Below, piece by piece: positions 37,430-50,987 of a stretch of 64,000 nucleotides of DNA (positions are counted from its first letter, which is position 1; each line of letters starts with the position of its first letter). The stretch is from Mustelus asterias (taxonomy: Eukaryota). A program made the translations under genes and the position numbers. The stretch spans positions 84,940,001-85,004,000 of the forward strand of contig NC_135812.1 in NCBI RefSeq assembly GCF_964213995.1, read 5' to 3'. The notes under the pieces were generated by a model. That model made no database searches, had not been told where the DNA came from, and saw only the letters and a list, made by a program, of their open reading frames with translations.

Positions 37430-39480
37430 CAACTCACTGGATGGAGGAGCCCAGCACATCAGTGCAAAAGATAAGGCTGAAGTATTCGCAGCAATCTTCA
37501 GCCAGAAAGTGTCGAGTGGATGATCCACCTCAGCTCCTCCAGTGATCTCCAGCCCCCAGCCAATTCAATTCACTCCACATGATATCAAGAAACAGTTGGA
37601 GGCACTGGATACTGCAAAGGCAATGGGCCCTAATAACATTCTGGCAATAGTACTGAAGATTTGTGCTCCAGAACTTGCCGCGTCCATGAGCCAGGTTCTT
37701 CCAGTACAGTTACAACACTGGCGAGTACCCAACAATATGGAAAATTGCCCAGGTATGTCCTATACACAAAAAGCAGGACAAAACCAACCTGGCCAATTAC
37801 CACCCAATCAGTCCATTCTCAATCATCAGTAAAGTGATGGAAGGGGTCATCAACAACACTATCAAGCAGCACCTGCTCAGCAATAACCTGCTCAGTGATG
37901 CCCAGTTTGGGTTTTGCCAGGGTCATTCAGCTCTTGACCTCATTACAGTCTTGGCTCAAACATGGACAAAAGAGCTGAATTCGAGAAGTGAGGCAAGCGT
38001 GACAGCCCTTGATATCAAGGCCGCATTCAACCGAGTGGGTATCAAGGAGCTGTAGCGAAATTGGAAATCATAGAAACCCTACAGTGCAGAAGGAGGCCAT
38101 TCGGCCCATCGAGTCTGCACCGACCACAATCCCACCCTACCCCCACATATTTACCCGCTAATCCCTCTAATCTACGCATTTTAGGATTCTAAGGGGCAAT
38201 TTTTAACCGGGCCAATCAACCTAACCCGCACATCTTTGGACTGTGGGAGGAAACCGGAGCACCCGGAGGAAACCCACATAGACACGAGGAGAATGTGCAA
38301 ACTCCACACAGACAGTGACCCGAGCCGGGAATCGAACCCGGGACCCTGGAGCTGTGAAGCAGCAGTGCTAACCACTGCGCTACCGTGCCGCCCTAATTGG
38401 AATTGGAATCAATGGGGGCAAACTCTCCGCTGGTTGGGGTCATACCTGGTACACAGGAAGATGGTTGTGGTTGTGGAGTGTCAGTCATCTCAGCTCCAGG
38501 ACATCTCTGCAGGAGTCCCTCAGGGTAGTGTCCTAGGCCCAACAATCTTCAGCTGCTTCATCAATGACCTTCCCTCCATCATAAAGTCAGAAGTGGGGAC
38601 GTTCGCCGATGATTGCACAATGTTCAGCACCATTCGCAACTCCTCAGATACTGAAGCAGTCCATGTCCAAATGCAACAAGATCTGGACAATATCCAGGCT
38701 TGGGCTGACAAGTGGCAAGTAACATTCGTGCCACACAAATGCCAGGCAATGACCATCACCAATAAGAGACACTCTAACCACTGCCCCTTGACATTCAATG
38801 GCGTAACCATCACTGAATCCCCCACTGTCAACATCCTTGGGGTTACCATTGACCAGAAAATCAACTGGACTCACCACATAAACACAGTGGCTACAAGAGC
38901 AGGGCAGAGGCTAGGAATAGTGCGGCAAATAACTCACCTCCTGACACCCCAGAACCTGTCCACCATCTACAAGGCACAAATCAGGAGTGTGATGGAGTAC
39001 TCCCCACTTGCCTGGATGGGTGCAGCTCCAACAACACTGAAGAAGCTTGACACCATCCAGGACAAAGCAGCCCACTTGATTGACACCACATCTACAAACA
39101 TTCAATCCTTTTACCACCGATGCTCAGTAGCAAGATGCAATGCAGCAATTCACCAAAGATCCTCAGACAGCACCTTCCAAACCCACGACCACTTCCATCT
39201 AGAAGGACAAGGGCAGCAGATACATGGGAACACCACCACCTGCAAGTTCCCCTCCAAGCCACTCGCTACCCTGACTTGGAAATATATCACTGTTCCTTCA
39301 AGTCACTGGATCAAAATCCTGGAATTCCCTCCCTAATGGCATTGTGGCTCAACCCACAGCACATGGACTGCAGTGTTTCAAGAAGGCAGCTCACCACCAC
39401 CTTCTCAATGGCAACTAGAGATGGGCAATAAATGCTGGCCAGCCAGTGACAGCCATGTCCCACGAATGAATAAAAAAAAG
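37430..39480 (+). mobile_element. Second CR1-group LINE family (RT region and 3' tail), interrupted by a V-SINE
   Basis: KAMGPNNI, QFGF, GVPQGSVLGPTIFSCFINDLP, FADD, YKAQIRSVMEY; tail gatgggcaataaatgctggcc...aatgaataaaaa. Confidence 0.88.
38067..38394 (-). mobile_element. HE1-like V-SINE inside a LINE
   Basis: TSD AATTGGAA. Confidence 0.88.
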
Positions 39481-39628
39481 TGTACACAGAACAAAAAGAT
39501 CTGTCACTCCCCCCAACTCCCTGGCCCGCTGCACCCCCCCTCCCCACCTGAACATTGCCCCCCCCCCCCCACCCCCGATCACTGGCTTCCCTTGCCCATT
39601 GCTGGTCTGATACCTCCCCCACCCCATC

Positions 39629-39917
39629 CCGGATGATCGCTGCCCTGATACCAATCCTTCTCCCGGCTGCCCCACCCCCCCCCCACCGGATGATCGCTGC
39701 CCTGATACCAACCCCTCTCCCGGCTGCCCCACCCCCTTCCCCCCCACACCGGATGATCGCTGCCCTGATACCCACCCCTCTCCCGGCTGCCCCACCCCCC
39801 TCACCCCCCCACCGGATGATCGCTGCCCTGATACCAACCCCTCTCCCGGCTGCCCCACCCCCCTCCCCCCCCCCCACCGGATGATCGCTGCCCTGATACC
39901 AACCCCTCTCCCGGCTG
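39629..39917 (+). repeat. GC-rich minisatellite, 5 units of about 57-65 bp
   Basis: ccggatgatcgctgccctgataccaacccctctcccggctgcccca(c)n repeated. Confidence 0.92.
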
Positions 39918-41231
39918 ATTGCTGCTCCGATACCCACCTGCCAATTGCTGCCCAGCCGAACTACGATTCCAGGCTCTGCAGCTCCCAACACCCCCCCCCT
40001 CCTCCCCCCCTCCCCCCACCCCACCAGCCTCACCTTAGCCTCGCCCACGACTGGCCCCACCTGCTCCCTTGGCCCTGCTCCTCAGCACTGACCAGTGCCT
40101 GGTGGGCACTGCGAGGGCGCCAGGCTGGAACTGTCAGGGTACCAGGCTAGCACTGGCAGCGTACCAGCCTGGCACTGCCAGGGTCCCAAGGAGCACTGTC
40201 CCTCCTGCCCCCGACCATCCAGGGGGCCACAATGGCCTCTGGTCCCACCGGCAAGGCCATCACATCGGGTCCCTATTGTTGGGTGACCATACATGATCCT
40301 CGCCAGTAAGGACCTCCAACGGCTAGGCCACCAAGGCAAGTGAACCCAGACGATAGGGACTCACGCTCATGATGATATATTTAAGTAAGAATTTAACCCA
40401 TCCCAGGCGCAATGCTGATTTCACTGGTTTCAGAGTGTCGGTAAGATCGTGAAAGGCGAGAAACCGGGCGCAAAGTTGTTTTTTTTGCCTCGCTAGCGCT
40501 CTGACCGGCTCACAACACCGGTCAACCGATGGACGAGCCGGTAAGATCGGCCCCCTTCACAGAGTGGGCAATAATCCATCTAACAAAAGTTTTGAGAAAC
40601 ATGTGCCTGCCCAATTCTGCAATGATCGAGCCTCTGTCACACAGTCCCTCTTCATACTTATTTAGTTTAAATAAATCATTGGACAATTATTGACAAAGAA
40701 GGGCTATCACCTAGTCACCATTTTCTATTGTCCATATTTGACTTGACAAAATCTTGGATTTGTGGACTGCTTTCCTGGAATCAGATAGTTCAGCAGGACT
40801 GAAAGGGCAAAGATGGAGTATAGATGTATATAGATGTATATGGGTGTATATTATTCCAGAAGATTGTATTCAGAGATTAAATCTATGGAGAAAGAGTACT
40901 TTTGAGCAAAATATTTTAGAATTTGCTTTCTGAGTGTTCTAAGTTCCAATCGAATTCCTGTATTCTGACCTCCACTCCTCCAGTGTAAATTATAGAACCA
41001 ATAGTGCATTCAACATTAACATTGAAGAGGATTTATTGCCTCATTTCGGAATTAGAGCAGCTTTGCTGCAGGCCCACTTTTTTGCCAAGATTGGAACTAT
41101 TTGATCTGTGCCCCAGCTGCTTAAGCTTTATACATCTCTTGATATCTGGATTCACATGTACCATCTAGCACTTCAGCTAACTGCTATCATTCTGGTCAAA
41201 TAGAACAAACCCCAACCCGGGCCTACGTTAT

Positions 41232-42120
41232 GGGCAGCATTTTGCACTCTGTGGCTGAGCCGAGAAAACCGGCGTGCAGCTTTCCAGCTGCACAGCCGAG
41301 ATTTCTCTCCAGATTCTACGGCACTCTTTTCACAGATAATCTGGAAGTGTGGTTTTTGCCATCATGCTGGTGGGGTGGGTAGAGCCAGCAAAACCGGCTC
41401 CATAGAGATTGGGGAGCTGTTTTTAAAGAGCGCCCCAAGGTGCACTGTAAAGAATATTCCAACCCCTCCCCCCACCAAAGTTAAGGGGAACAACCCCCAC
41501 AAGCAGCAGAGCAACCCCTGTGCCTCATTGAAATGGTGACCCTCCTCGCAAGCACTGGAGTAACTGCACCTCGCTCCACGGATAAGGGGAACCACCCCCA
41601 TGAAGCTCCCCAGAGGGCCCACTGCTGGCACTGTCCCCTGGCAGGTAGACACTGCGAGGTTGGCATGGCCAGGTTGGCATAGACAGGTTGAAAGTGCCTT
41701 GCTGGCACTGCCAGGGTAGTACTGCCAGTGTGGCACTGCCAAAGTGGCACTGCCAGGGTGGCACTGCTAGGGTGGCACTGCCAGGGTGGCACTGCCAGAG
41801 CACTGCCGGGGCATTTCCCTCTCCCCCGGGGTCTATGCTTACTTTTATGCCCCTGGCAGGTTTCCCTCAACTGTTTGACATTTCGCAAAAGCAGCTGCAA
41901 ACTTCAATGTGACGTCACATTGATGAAGAGGGAATTCTTAACGTAGAGGGAACATATGGCAGAGAAGTCCGATAATTATCTTTAAATGAGGTTCCCTCCC
42001 TTTCTGAAAACCAGAAAATGAGATCTTTCTGGCCAGAATCTTGTTTTCCAATTCTTGCAAAATTTTATGCCCACATCTCCATTTGTGCTCAGAGCTAACA
42101 TGGGCACAAAATCATCCCCT
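41232..42120. mobile_element. Non-autonomous DNA transposon-like element with internal TGGCACTGCCA tandem array
   Basis: Imperfect TIR gggcagcattttg / caaaatcatcccc; related sequence at 37150-37400, 39480-40555 and 55640-56230. Confidence 0.5.
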
Positions 42121-42469
42121 GTGTTACCTCTATTGACCATTTGATATGCCATATCACTTGAGTTCATTCAGGTTTTGGCAACACTTTGATCTTCAACACT
42201 GCCATATAATCACCTTTAACGTAAGATACTTAACCATCTAATAATCCATAATGTGTACGGTTGCTATTCAAATGCAATAATGATGGATAATTCCATATTA
42301 ATAAATAAAGTGCCATTGTGTATTTTCTGTTAATAACTGAATATTAAATTAAAGAAACACTTTTTATTGTAAATATGTGTTTCAACATCAACACATCAAT
42401 GCAATTTGTGTCAAACCATATAATTGCACTGGAAAATGACGTGCCACTTACAAGTGACAAGATGACAAT

Positions 42470-43800
42470 TGCCATCCCATCAGTTTACTCTCGATCATCA
42501 GTAAAGTGATGGAAGGGGTCATCAACAGCGCTGTCAAGCTGCACTTACTCAACCTGCTCACGGATGCTCAGATTGGGTTCTGCCAAGGTCACTCAGCACC
42601 TGACCTCATTAAAGCCTTGGATCAAACATCCACACAAGAGCTGAATGCCAGAGGTGAGATGAGAGTGACAACCCTTGACATCAACGTAGCATTTGACCAT
42701 TTGGTATCAAGGAGCCCTAGCAAAATTAGAGGCAATGGGAATCAGGGAGAAACCCCTCCGCTGGTTGGAGTGATACCTGGCACAAAGGAAGATGATTGTG
42801 GTGATTGGACGTCAATCATCTCAGCTCCAGGACATCACTGCAGGAGTTCCTCAGGGTAGTGTCCTAGGCCCAACCACCTTCAGCTGCTTCATCAATGACT
42901 TTCCTTCCATCATTAGGTCAGAAGTGGGGATGTTCACTGATGACTGCACAATGTTCAGAATCATTTGTGAAGCCGCAGGTACTGAAATAATCCATGTTCA
43001 AATGCAGCAAGACAATATCGAGACTGACAAGGGTCAAGTAACATTTATGCCACAAAAATGCGAGGCAATGACCATCTCCAACAAGAGAGGATCTAACCAT
43101 TCCCCCTTGACATTCAGTGGCATTACAATCGCTGAATCTTCCACTATCAACATCCTGGGTTTACCATTGACCAGAAACTGAACTGGACTAGCCATATAAA
43201 TATTGTGGCTACCAGCATAGGTCAAAGGCTAGGAATATTGCAGCAAAAAGCTCACCTATTGACTCCCCAAAGCCTGTCCACCATCAACAAGGCACAAGTC
43301 AAGAGCGTATTGGAGTACTCTCCACCTGCCTGGATGGGTGCAACTCCAAAAACACTCAAGAAGCTTGACGGCATCCAAGAGAAAGCAGCCCTTTTGATTG
43401 CTACCCCTTCCACGAACATCCAATCCCTCCATCACCGACGAACAGTGGCAGCCATCTGTGCCATTTACACGAAGCACTACAGGAACTCACCAAGGCTCGT
43501 TAGGCAGCATCTTCCAAACCCACAATTACTACCATCCAGAAGGACAAGAACAGCTGATACCTGGGGATGCCAACTCCTGGAGGTGCCCCTCCAAGTCACT
43601 CTCTGTCCTAACTTGGAAATATATTGCCGTTCCTTCACTGTCTCTGGATCAAAATCCTGGAATTCCCCCCTTAACAGCACTTACCCCTCAGGGACTGCAG
43701 TGGTTCAAGAAGGCGGCCCATCAAATTCTTCTCAAGGGCATCTAAGGACAGGCAATAGATGTTGGTCTGGCCAGGACACCCACATCACATAAATGAATTT
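42470..43800 (+). mobile_element. Second copy of the same LINE family, more diverged
   Basis: GVPQGSVLGPTTFSCFINDFP, FTDD; similar tail. Confidence 0.85.
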
Positions 43801-43929
43801 TTTAAACATTCTATTGCTAATGATGCATGGTTGTTTTGGTTCTTCTGTTAAGCGCAGTAGCAAAAAAACTTCTGTTCAAGTTCCACTTGTGATTTAGTTT
43901 GCTTATGATGAGGATATCAGTGAAAGATA

Positions 43930-44236
43930 TGATGCGCGATTAAATCACTCGGGAGGCTAGATTGTACCCGGAAAATAAAGGCTTTTATTACTAACAAGAA
44001 TGGAGCACACTATATACAATACAATCCCAGGCTAAAGGGTCACCAGGCAGTGCAGTGACCTTTATATTTCCCCAGGTAGGCGGAGCCAACTGGAGTGTAC
44101 CACAGAACAATATCAACAGGTAGAACAGCCCAACCCTAACCCCAACAGTGACAACAGTAACATATCTACAAACACCCATAGTGCTGACCATCCATGGCTC
44201 AGCACTCATAGTGGTAACCAACTATGGTTCACCACA
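43930..44236 (-). mobile_element. Solo LTR, family A (second copy)
   Basis: Homologous to 30828-31105; own 5-bp TSD AGATA. Confidence 0.85.
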
Positions 44237-46077
44237 AGATAATAATAATAATTTTGCTGGGTGATGGTAACCTAATCTGTCCCTGCGGGGAAGGGACAGG
44301 ATCAGGTTGAAGGTTGGTTTTGCAAACGGACTGATGTTGCTCCAGGTTGAAGGAGGCTAAATTCGGACAGGGTGTAAAATTTATTTTCAGCTTGATCCTG
44401 TCCGGTTGGGTTAACTGAAAATTACTGCTATAAATATCTTTTTTTTTATGTCCTGACCTCATAATTATTTTCACTGGCAGTCGAATACATGCATCCTATG
44501 CAGACAGTCAGGGATAGTGAGGCAGTAAATCTTTGCAGCCCTCACTAAAAATGGATTTTCAAGTCCGTAGCCTCATTTCAGTTTAAAAGATGTGAACTTG
44601 TCCTTGCCACATGGGAGAACAATGGATATATTTCCAGTTCTGCAATTAATTTCATAAAAGCATCTCAGTGCGTCTGTAATAAGGGTACAACAAAATTTCT
44701 AGCTTTTTTTCAACTGAACAAAAATTATAGCCATGTCCTTTTCCAAAAGTCTCTATTCTACTGATATTCCCAAATAATTTGCCTGCCAAACAACTTGGAA
44801 AGAGAAGAAGGCACCAGAAATAATCAATCTAGAAGTTTTACCTGGAATCAGCTAAAGGAACACTGTATTCTTAGCATTCAGTTTGTGATTATATACCTTC
44901 TAACTTCCACTAAGTCCAGACTGGACTGGGAGCAGACGCTTTTAGGTTTAAGATTGATTGATTTAAGATTGATTTATTATTGTCACATGTATTGGTATAC
45001 TGTGAAAAGTATTGTTTCTTGCATGCTATACAGACAAAGCATACCATTCATAGAGAAGGAAAGGAGAGAGTGCAGAATGTAGTGTTACAGTCATAGCTCA
45101 GGTGTAAAGAAAAATCAACTTAGGTCTGAGGTAGATCCATTCAAAAGACTGATGGCAGCAGGGAAGAAGCTGTTCTTGAGTCGGTTGGTACATGATCTTA
45201 GACCTTTGTATCTTTTTCCCATCAGAAGAAGGTGGAAGAAAGTATGTCCATGGTGTGTGGGATCCTTAATTATGCTGGCTGCGGGAAGTGTAAATCTGTG
45301 ACCGAACAATGGGACATATTCAAGAAGGAAACAGAGAGAGTACATGGCCAACATTTTCCAGCAAAGGAAAAGGATGAGACCAACAAATCGAGTGAACCTC
45401 GGATATCGAAGGATATATAGCATTGGGTAAAGAGAAAAAGGGAGGCTTATGGTAGATATCGAGGGCTCAAAACAGCAGAAGCCCTAGAGGAGCATAGAAT
45501 TTGAAAGAGGGAACTTAGAAAGGAAATTGGAAGAGCAAAAAGAAGACATGAAAGGATACTGGCAGGTAGAATAAAGGAAAATTTCAAAGTTGTTTTACAG
45601 GTACATTCAGGGTAAAGAGAGACAAAAAAAGATGGCGCTGGATCATGGCATCTTCTTGCGAGCTGTCCCCAACATACCCTCTAATTCCATCTTCTATGCT
45701 CTTAAAACTTAACCCTCACTCTTTTAAAATATTCTGCACCCTATCCTTTCCTTCTCCCCTTCATACTCTATGAACGGCATGTTTTATCTGTATAGCTCGC
45801 AAGAAATAATACTTTTCATTGTATTCCAATACATGTGACAATAATAAATCAATTCATGTGATGTCCGAATGCTGAAGGGCTGGAAAATGGTGTTGAGTTG
45901 TTTTAATCAACTAATGACCTTCAATGTCTGAGATTCGCTCTCAGTGGACCGTTGAGGTCAATGCTTCCATTCCCGCCTTGCTGAACAGACAGTGCTTCCT
46001 GTTTTGTCGAGGGGGTTAACAGCCTTCCTCTTTCAAGTACAATAAACCGTCAATTAACTTCTCAAGGTTAATACCTT

Positions 46078-46426
46078 GGGCGGCACGGTAGCACAGTGGT
46101 TAGCACTGCTGCTTCACAGCTCCAGGGACCTGGGTTCGATTCCCGGCTTGGGTCACTGTCTGTGTGGAGTTTGCACATTCTCCTCGTGTCTGCGTGGGTT
46201 TCCTCTGGGTGCTCCGGTTTCCTCCCACAGTCCAAAGATGTGCGGGTTAGGTTGATTGGCCATGCTAAAATTGCCCCTTAGTGTCCTGGGATGTGTAGGT
46301 TAGAGGGATTAGCGGGTAAAATATGTAGGGATATGGGGGTAGGGCCTGGGTGGGATTGATGTCGGTGCAGACTCGATGGGCCGAATGGCCTCTATCTGTA
46401 CTGTAGGTTTTCTATGATTTCTATGA
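46078..46426 (+). mobile_element. HE1-like V-SINE
   Basis: Full length. Confidence 0.88.
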
Positions 46427-47600
46427 TAATACTGTAAACAACCTGCAAATGATCTGAAAGGCCATGGTCGGTTTCGCATTTACCTCAGTGAAAAGGAAAA
46501 TGAGCAAACTAGCAGAACAAAGGAGGCAGAGGCTGAGTGCGATCTGATAGAACTCAAAACGCTGAGGCGAAATATTTTGAGTGACATCAAGAATTGAAAA
46601 TAACAAAAAGACTATGGAAACCGGGAGAGTGTGAATGGGTTCATCCGATCAGTAAAACAAAAAAGCACACTGGCTTTTATACTGAAATAATTGCTGCAGC
46701 CCTCTTGTTAATTAGATATTCCCCGTACAAGTTCAGAATCTAATCAAAATGTGCATTTTGAAAATATGATGAAAAGGGAGATTCATGTATTTGAATCAAA
46801 TATTCTGTGAGTGTCTTGTCTCATAACTGAGTGTGGAAGCTCCAGAAGCCCTAATCGGCCTTCAAAAATGTTCAGCTCATTTCCACAATTCAACAGTCAA
46901 TTGAATTAAAATAAAGTGAACATTACTGAAACCCACAGATAATTAATCCTCTTTCTGCCGTATTTAATCTTTGCCATTTTTCAAACAATATTTTTTGAGT
47001 TCCCATGTATCCAGTTTTACACATGAACCATAATTCCTGATTAGAGATGCAATAAAGTAAAATTTAATACATTTTAATGATAGGCTGCTTGATGCATTTT
47101 AGATTTCCCATCATGATTTAATAGGTGTTCTGATACACTTAGATGAGTTTTCAAGTTTTGAATCATATCTACTCAGATCCTTCTGCACGCAACACAGAAC
47201 ATATAAATTGCAAAGCGATTGTGTCCAAAAGTTGAGCTCCTCTTTACTATCTTAACAATGTTGTTTAAGCTATGGCCCCTTTACTACAGCAATGTGCCTT
47301 TACTAGCTCACCAAAGTTACTTGAAATGAGGACTTGCACCTTGGACTTTTTTCCAAACACAGTTTTCCCTCAATGATTGGACGTGGATCACTCTGAGTGA
47401 TTCTTTGGTCAGAATTCTCCTATGCCCTCACCGGCAGGTTCAATGGCAGGTGGGGGGTTCAGTGGTAGGTCCAAAAATTGGTTTTACATTGGCGTGAATT
47501 TCCCATAGGATCTCCCGCTCGCGCCTGCCATGGCAGATCAGGAAACCCACTGGCATCCGGTGTGAAACTGATACGCATCCTGTCAATGGGATGCAGATGT

Positions 47601-47935
47601 GGACGGCACGATGGCACAGTGGTTAGCACTGCTGCCTCACAGCGTCGAGGGCCCGGGTTCAATTCCAGCCTCGGGTCACTGTCTGTGTGGAGTTTGCACG
47701 TTCTCCCTGTGTCTGCGTGGGTTTCCTCCGGGTGGTCCGGCTTCCTCCCACAGTCCAAAGATGTGCGGGTTAGGTTGATTGGCCTTGATAAATTGACCCT
47801 AGTGTCAGGGGGAGTAGCAGGGTAAATATGTGGAGTTGCAGAAATAGAGCCTGGGTGGGATTGTGATCGGTGCAGACTTAATGGGTTGAATGGCCTTCTT
47901 CTGCACTGTATGGATTCTAAGAAATTCTATGAACT
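47601..47935 (+). mobile_element. HE1-like V-SINE
   Basis: Full length. Confidence 0.85.
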
Positions 47936-48410
47936 CTGTGTAGACCTGACCAGAATCTAGATCCCCAACACCCAATTCTCCACAATGCCGGCAGGAAAAC
48001 ACGTTGGCCCAAATTATGTCTAGAACAACATGGTGTACAGAATTTGGGCCATTACCTGAATGATGCCTGGGTGGCCTACGGAGTTCAGGATGAAGGTTGT
48101 CAGCAACCTAGACCCTGGAACACCACAGCAGTGGGTGGAGGGTGCATCTATCAGTTGGGTCTTCCAGCTTCAGAGTCTCAAGGTGGTCCATCTTCTTTCT
48201 TCAACGATGGGTCAGCGATGCTGGGCGCCTTTTCAATATGACACTCAGATATGACAAGGGGGACACGCACAATCAAGTCCGGCCCATGATAGAATACAGC
48301 TCTAAACCCCAGATGCATATTTCATGAGGTGAGGGCTGGAATATATGGTGTGGTCTCTCGCCAGCCACTGCAGCAGGAAACACTCCCCATCCCCACTTCC
48401 ACCATTCCGT

Positions 48411-48750
48411 GGGCGGCACGGTAGCACAGTGGTTAGCACTGCTGCTTCACAGCTCCAGGGACCTGGGTTCGATTCCCGGCTTGGGTCACTGTCTGTGTGG
48501 AGTTTGCACATTCTCCTCGTGTCTGCGTGGGTTTCCTCCGGGTGCTCCGGTTTCCTCCCACAGTCCAAAGATGTGCGGGTTAGGTTGATTGGCCATGCTA
48601 AAATTGCCCTTAGTGTCCTGGGATGCGTAGGTTAGAGGGATTAGTGGGTAAATATGTAGGGATATGGGGGTAGGGCCTGGGTGGGATTGTGGTCGGTGCA
48701 GACTCGATGGGCCGAATGGCCTCTTTCTGTGCTGTAGGGTTTCTAAGTTC
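48411..48750 (+). mobile_element. HE1-like V-SINE
   Basis: Full length. Confidence 0.88.
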
Positions 48751-50291
48751 TAAGTTTCTATTCCAGATGGGAGATTTCTGTCCTTTGCAATTTGGCACAC
48801 TACAGATTACATGGCATTTGAGTCGTTTGCCCACTTTGTAATGATAGTGAACAGTCAAATTAATGTAGGATTCTCTTTACATCCCCCTACCAATTAAAAT
48901 ACCAATTATCAATGTCACCAATGTGAATGATAAGTTTATTTACACTTCAAACATATATGCAAAATTACAAATATTAGACATATACTAGAAAGTGTAAGAT
49001 GATATTGTCATACAAAACAGAAAGGTTTTGTCTGGTAAAAGAACAACTTTTTCTTTCCAACTATTTTTTCAGTCTTTACAAAAGACTTCAAGAGGCTGGA
49101 ATGATTTGTGATTAATACATGGAAATGAAGAATCTTGTTGTATAAAGTTCTTGGTACACACCATGAAGCAAATTGCTTCCATGCAATAGTTACCTTCTGA
49201 CCTGGTATAGCCAGCAAGCTGGTCAGTTAAGATTCCAGTAATGACTTTATCCATATAGTATTGCAGAGTGTTACAGTTTAAATATCACATTTTATTTTAT
49301 GAGATTAGCGATGCAATGCAACTGACTGGGTAATAAGGTTTTTGATTTGATTCGATTTGATTTATTGTGACAAGCATTGATATACAGTGAAAAGTATTGT
49401 TTCTTGCACGCTATACAGACAAAGCATACCGTACATAGAGAAGGAAAGGCGTGGGTGCAGAATATAGTGTTACAGTCATAGCTAGGGTGTAGAGAAAGAT
49501 CAACAAGCTAACACAAGGTCTACAGTGATCGCACAAAATCATAAACAATTGGCCTGTTTTGAAAGCCAGACACAAATGCCACAATCATCGTAAACCATAA
49601 TTCTCTCTGGAATAAGAAATACAGAGGGTGAGATTTTTCCTTCGCGTCCACCCCAAGACCTCAAACTCCCACCCGAGGTCAATGGACCTTTAAATGGTTT
49701 GTCAAATTTACCATGCCACCTGCAACGATTCCCGCGGCGGGTGGGTCTGGAAAATGTACCCCAGTGTGTTTCTCTCTCCACAGATGCTGCCAGACCTGCT
49801 GAGTTCATCCAGCATTTCCTGTTTTTATTTCAGACTTCCAACAAGGTAGTACTGACACTACCCTTAAGGCATCTCTTTTTTTTATTGTGTTCCCACCAAC
49901 AATACCTAGGATGCCAGGCCCTTCTGACTTCACTCTATCATGCCCCCGACAGACACTGCTGTGTCCACTGAGTCCACTCCACAGTATCCTGTCTGGAGAG
50001 TGGTGCTATACACTCACCTAAAAAAAAAGCCTCGAGACAATGAAAACATAAATGAACATTCTGAAGCTGCTTAATGAAGCTGTAGACGCAATTAAAACCT
50101 CCAATGTAGAAACCAACTTGAAACTCATTTCAGCCTCTAGTTTGGCAACAACCAGATCTCTGTAATGTTCATGACAATTTCTTTTTAATGAACACTAACA
50201 TGAGGGATATTCTGGTAAAAACTCAAATCAACTGGAAATGGAAATTATTTCAGTTGTAGTTTTTGACCGCGACCAGGAAGGATAACCTTCC

Positions 50292-50607
50292 CGTGGCACG
50301 GGTGGCAAGGTGCACAGTGGTTAGCACTGCTGCCTCACCGCGCCAGGGACCCAGTTCGATTCCCGGCTTGGGTCTGTCTGTGCGGAGTCTGCACGTTCTC
50401 CCCGTGTCTGTATGGGTTTTCTCTGGGTGCTCCGGTTTCCTCCCACAGTCCGAAATGCGTGCTGGTTAGGTGTATTGGCCATGCTAAATTCTTCCTCAAT
50501 GTACCCGAACAGGCGCCGGAGTGTGGCGACTAGGGAAATTTCACAGTAACTTCATTGCAGTGTGAATGAAGCTTACTTGTGACACTAATAAATACATTTT
50601 AAACTTT
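50292..50607 (+). mobile_element. V-SINE with an alternative (non-CR1) 3' tail
   Basis: Same head and core; tail ttcacagtaacttcattgcagtg...cttgtgacactaataaa. Also at 36563-36850 (-), 55108-55382 (-) and 62455-62590 (+). Confidence 0.8.
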
Positions 50608-50654
50608 CTCACTGCTTTCAGCATTAGTGTTTCGGAGAGAGAACAAATGTTCTG

Positions 50655-50987
50655 AAATCATAAGTATCATAGAATCCCTATAATACAGAGAGCCATTCGA
50701 TCTGTCGCACCTGCACTGACAACAATCCCACCCAGGCCCTATCCTCATAACCCGATATATTTACCCTGCTAATCCCCCTGACACTAAGGATCAATTTACC
50801 ATCGCCAATTAATATTTGCCTCATATCTTTGGACTGTGGGAGGAAACCGGAGCACCTGAAGGAAACCCACGCCGACACAGGGAGAATGTGCAAACTCCAC
50901 ACAGGCAGTGACCTGAGGCCAGAATTGAACCCGGCTCCCTGGCGCTGTGAGGCAGCAGTGCTTACCACTGTGCCACCGTGCTGCCCC
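50655..50987 (-). mobile_element. HE1-like V-SINE
   Basis: Full length, diverged. Confidence 0.82.

Noticed and set aside
38236-39336. 366-aa ORF as a host gene
   Set aside because: Chance fusion of an antisense SINE and a LINE RT fragment.
39629-39917. CRISPR-like repeat-spacer pattern
   Set aside because: Spacers are poly-C, not unique; vertebrate context with no cas genes.
39311-40060. 249-aa Gly-rich ORF and overlapping Pro-rich ORFs
   Set aside because: They are translations of the minisatellite.
30828-44236. The two family-A LTRs as ends of one 13-kb provirus carrying FABP1 exons 3-4
   Set aside because: Each LTR has its own distinct TSD (GTATC, AGATA), so these are independent solo LTRs.
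49072-49120. Plus-strand terminal exon LYKRLQEAGMICD*
   Set aside because: Acceptor is plausible, but no upstream partner exon or homology could be identified.
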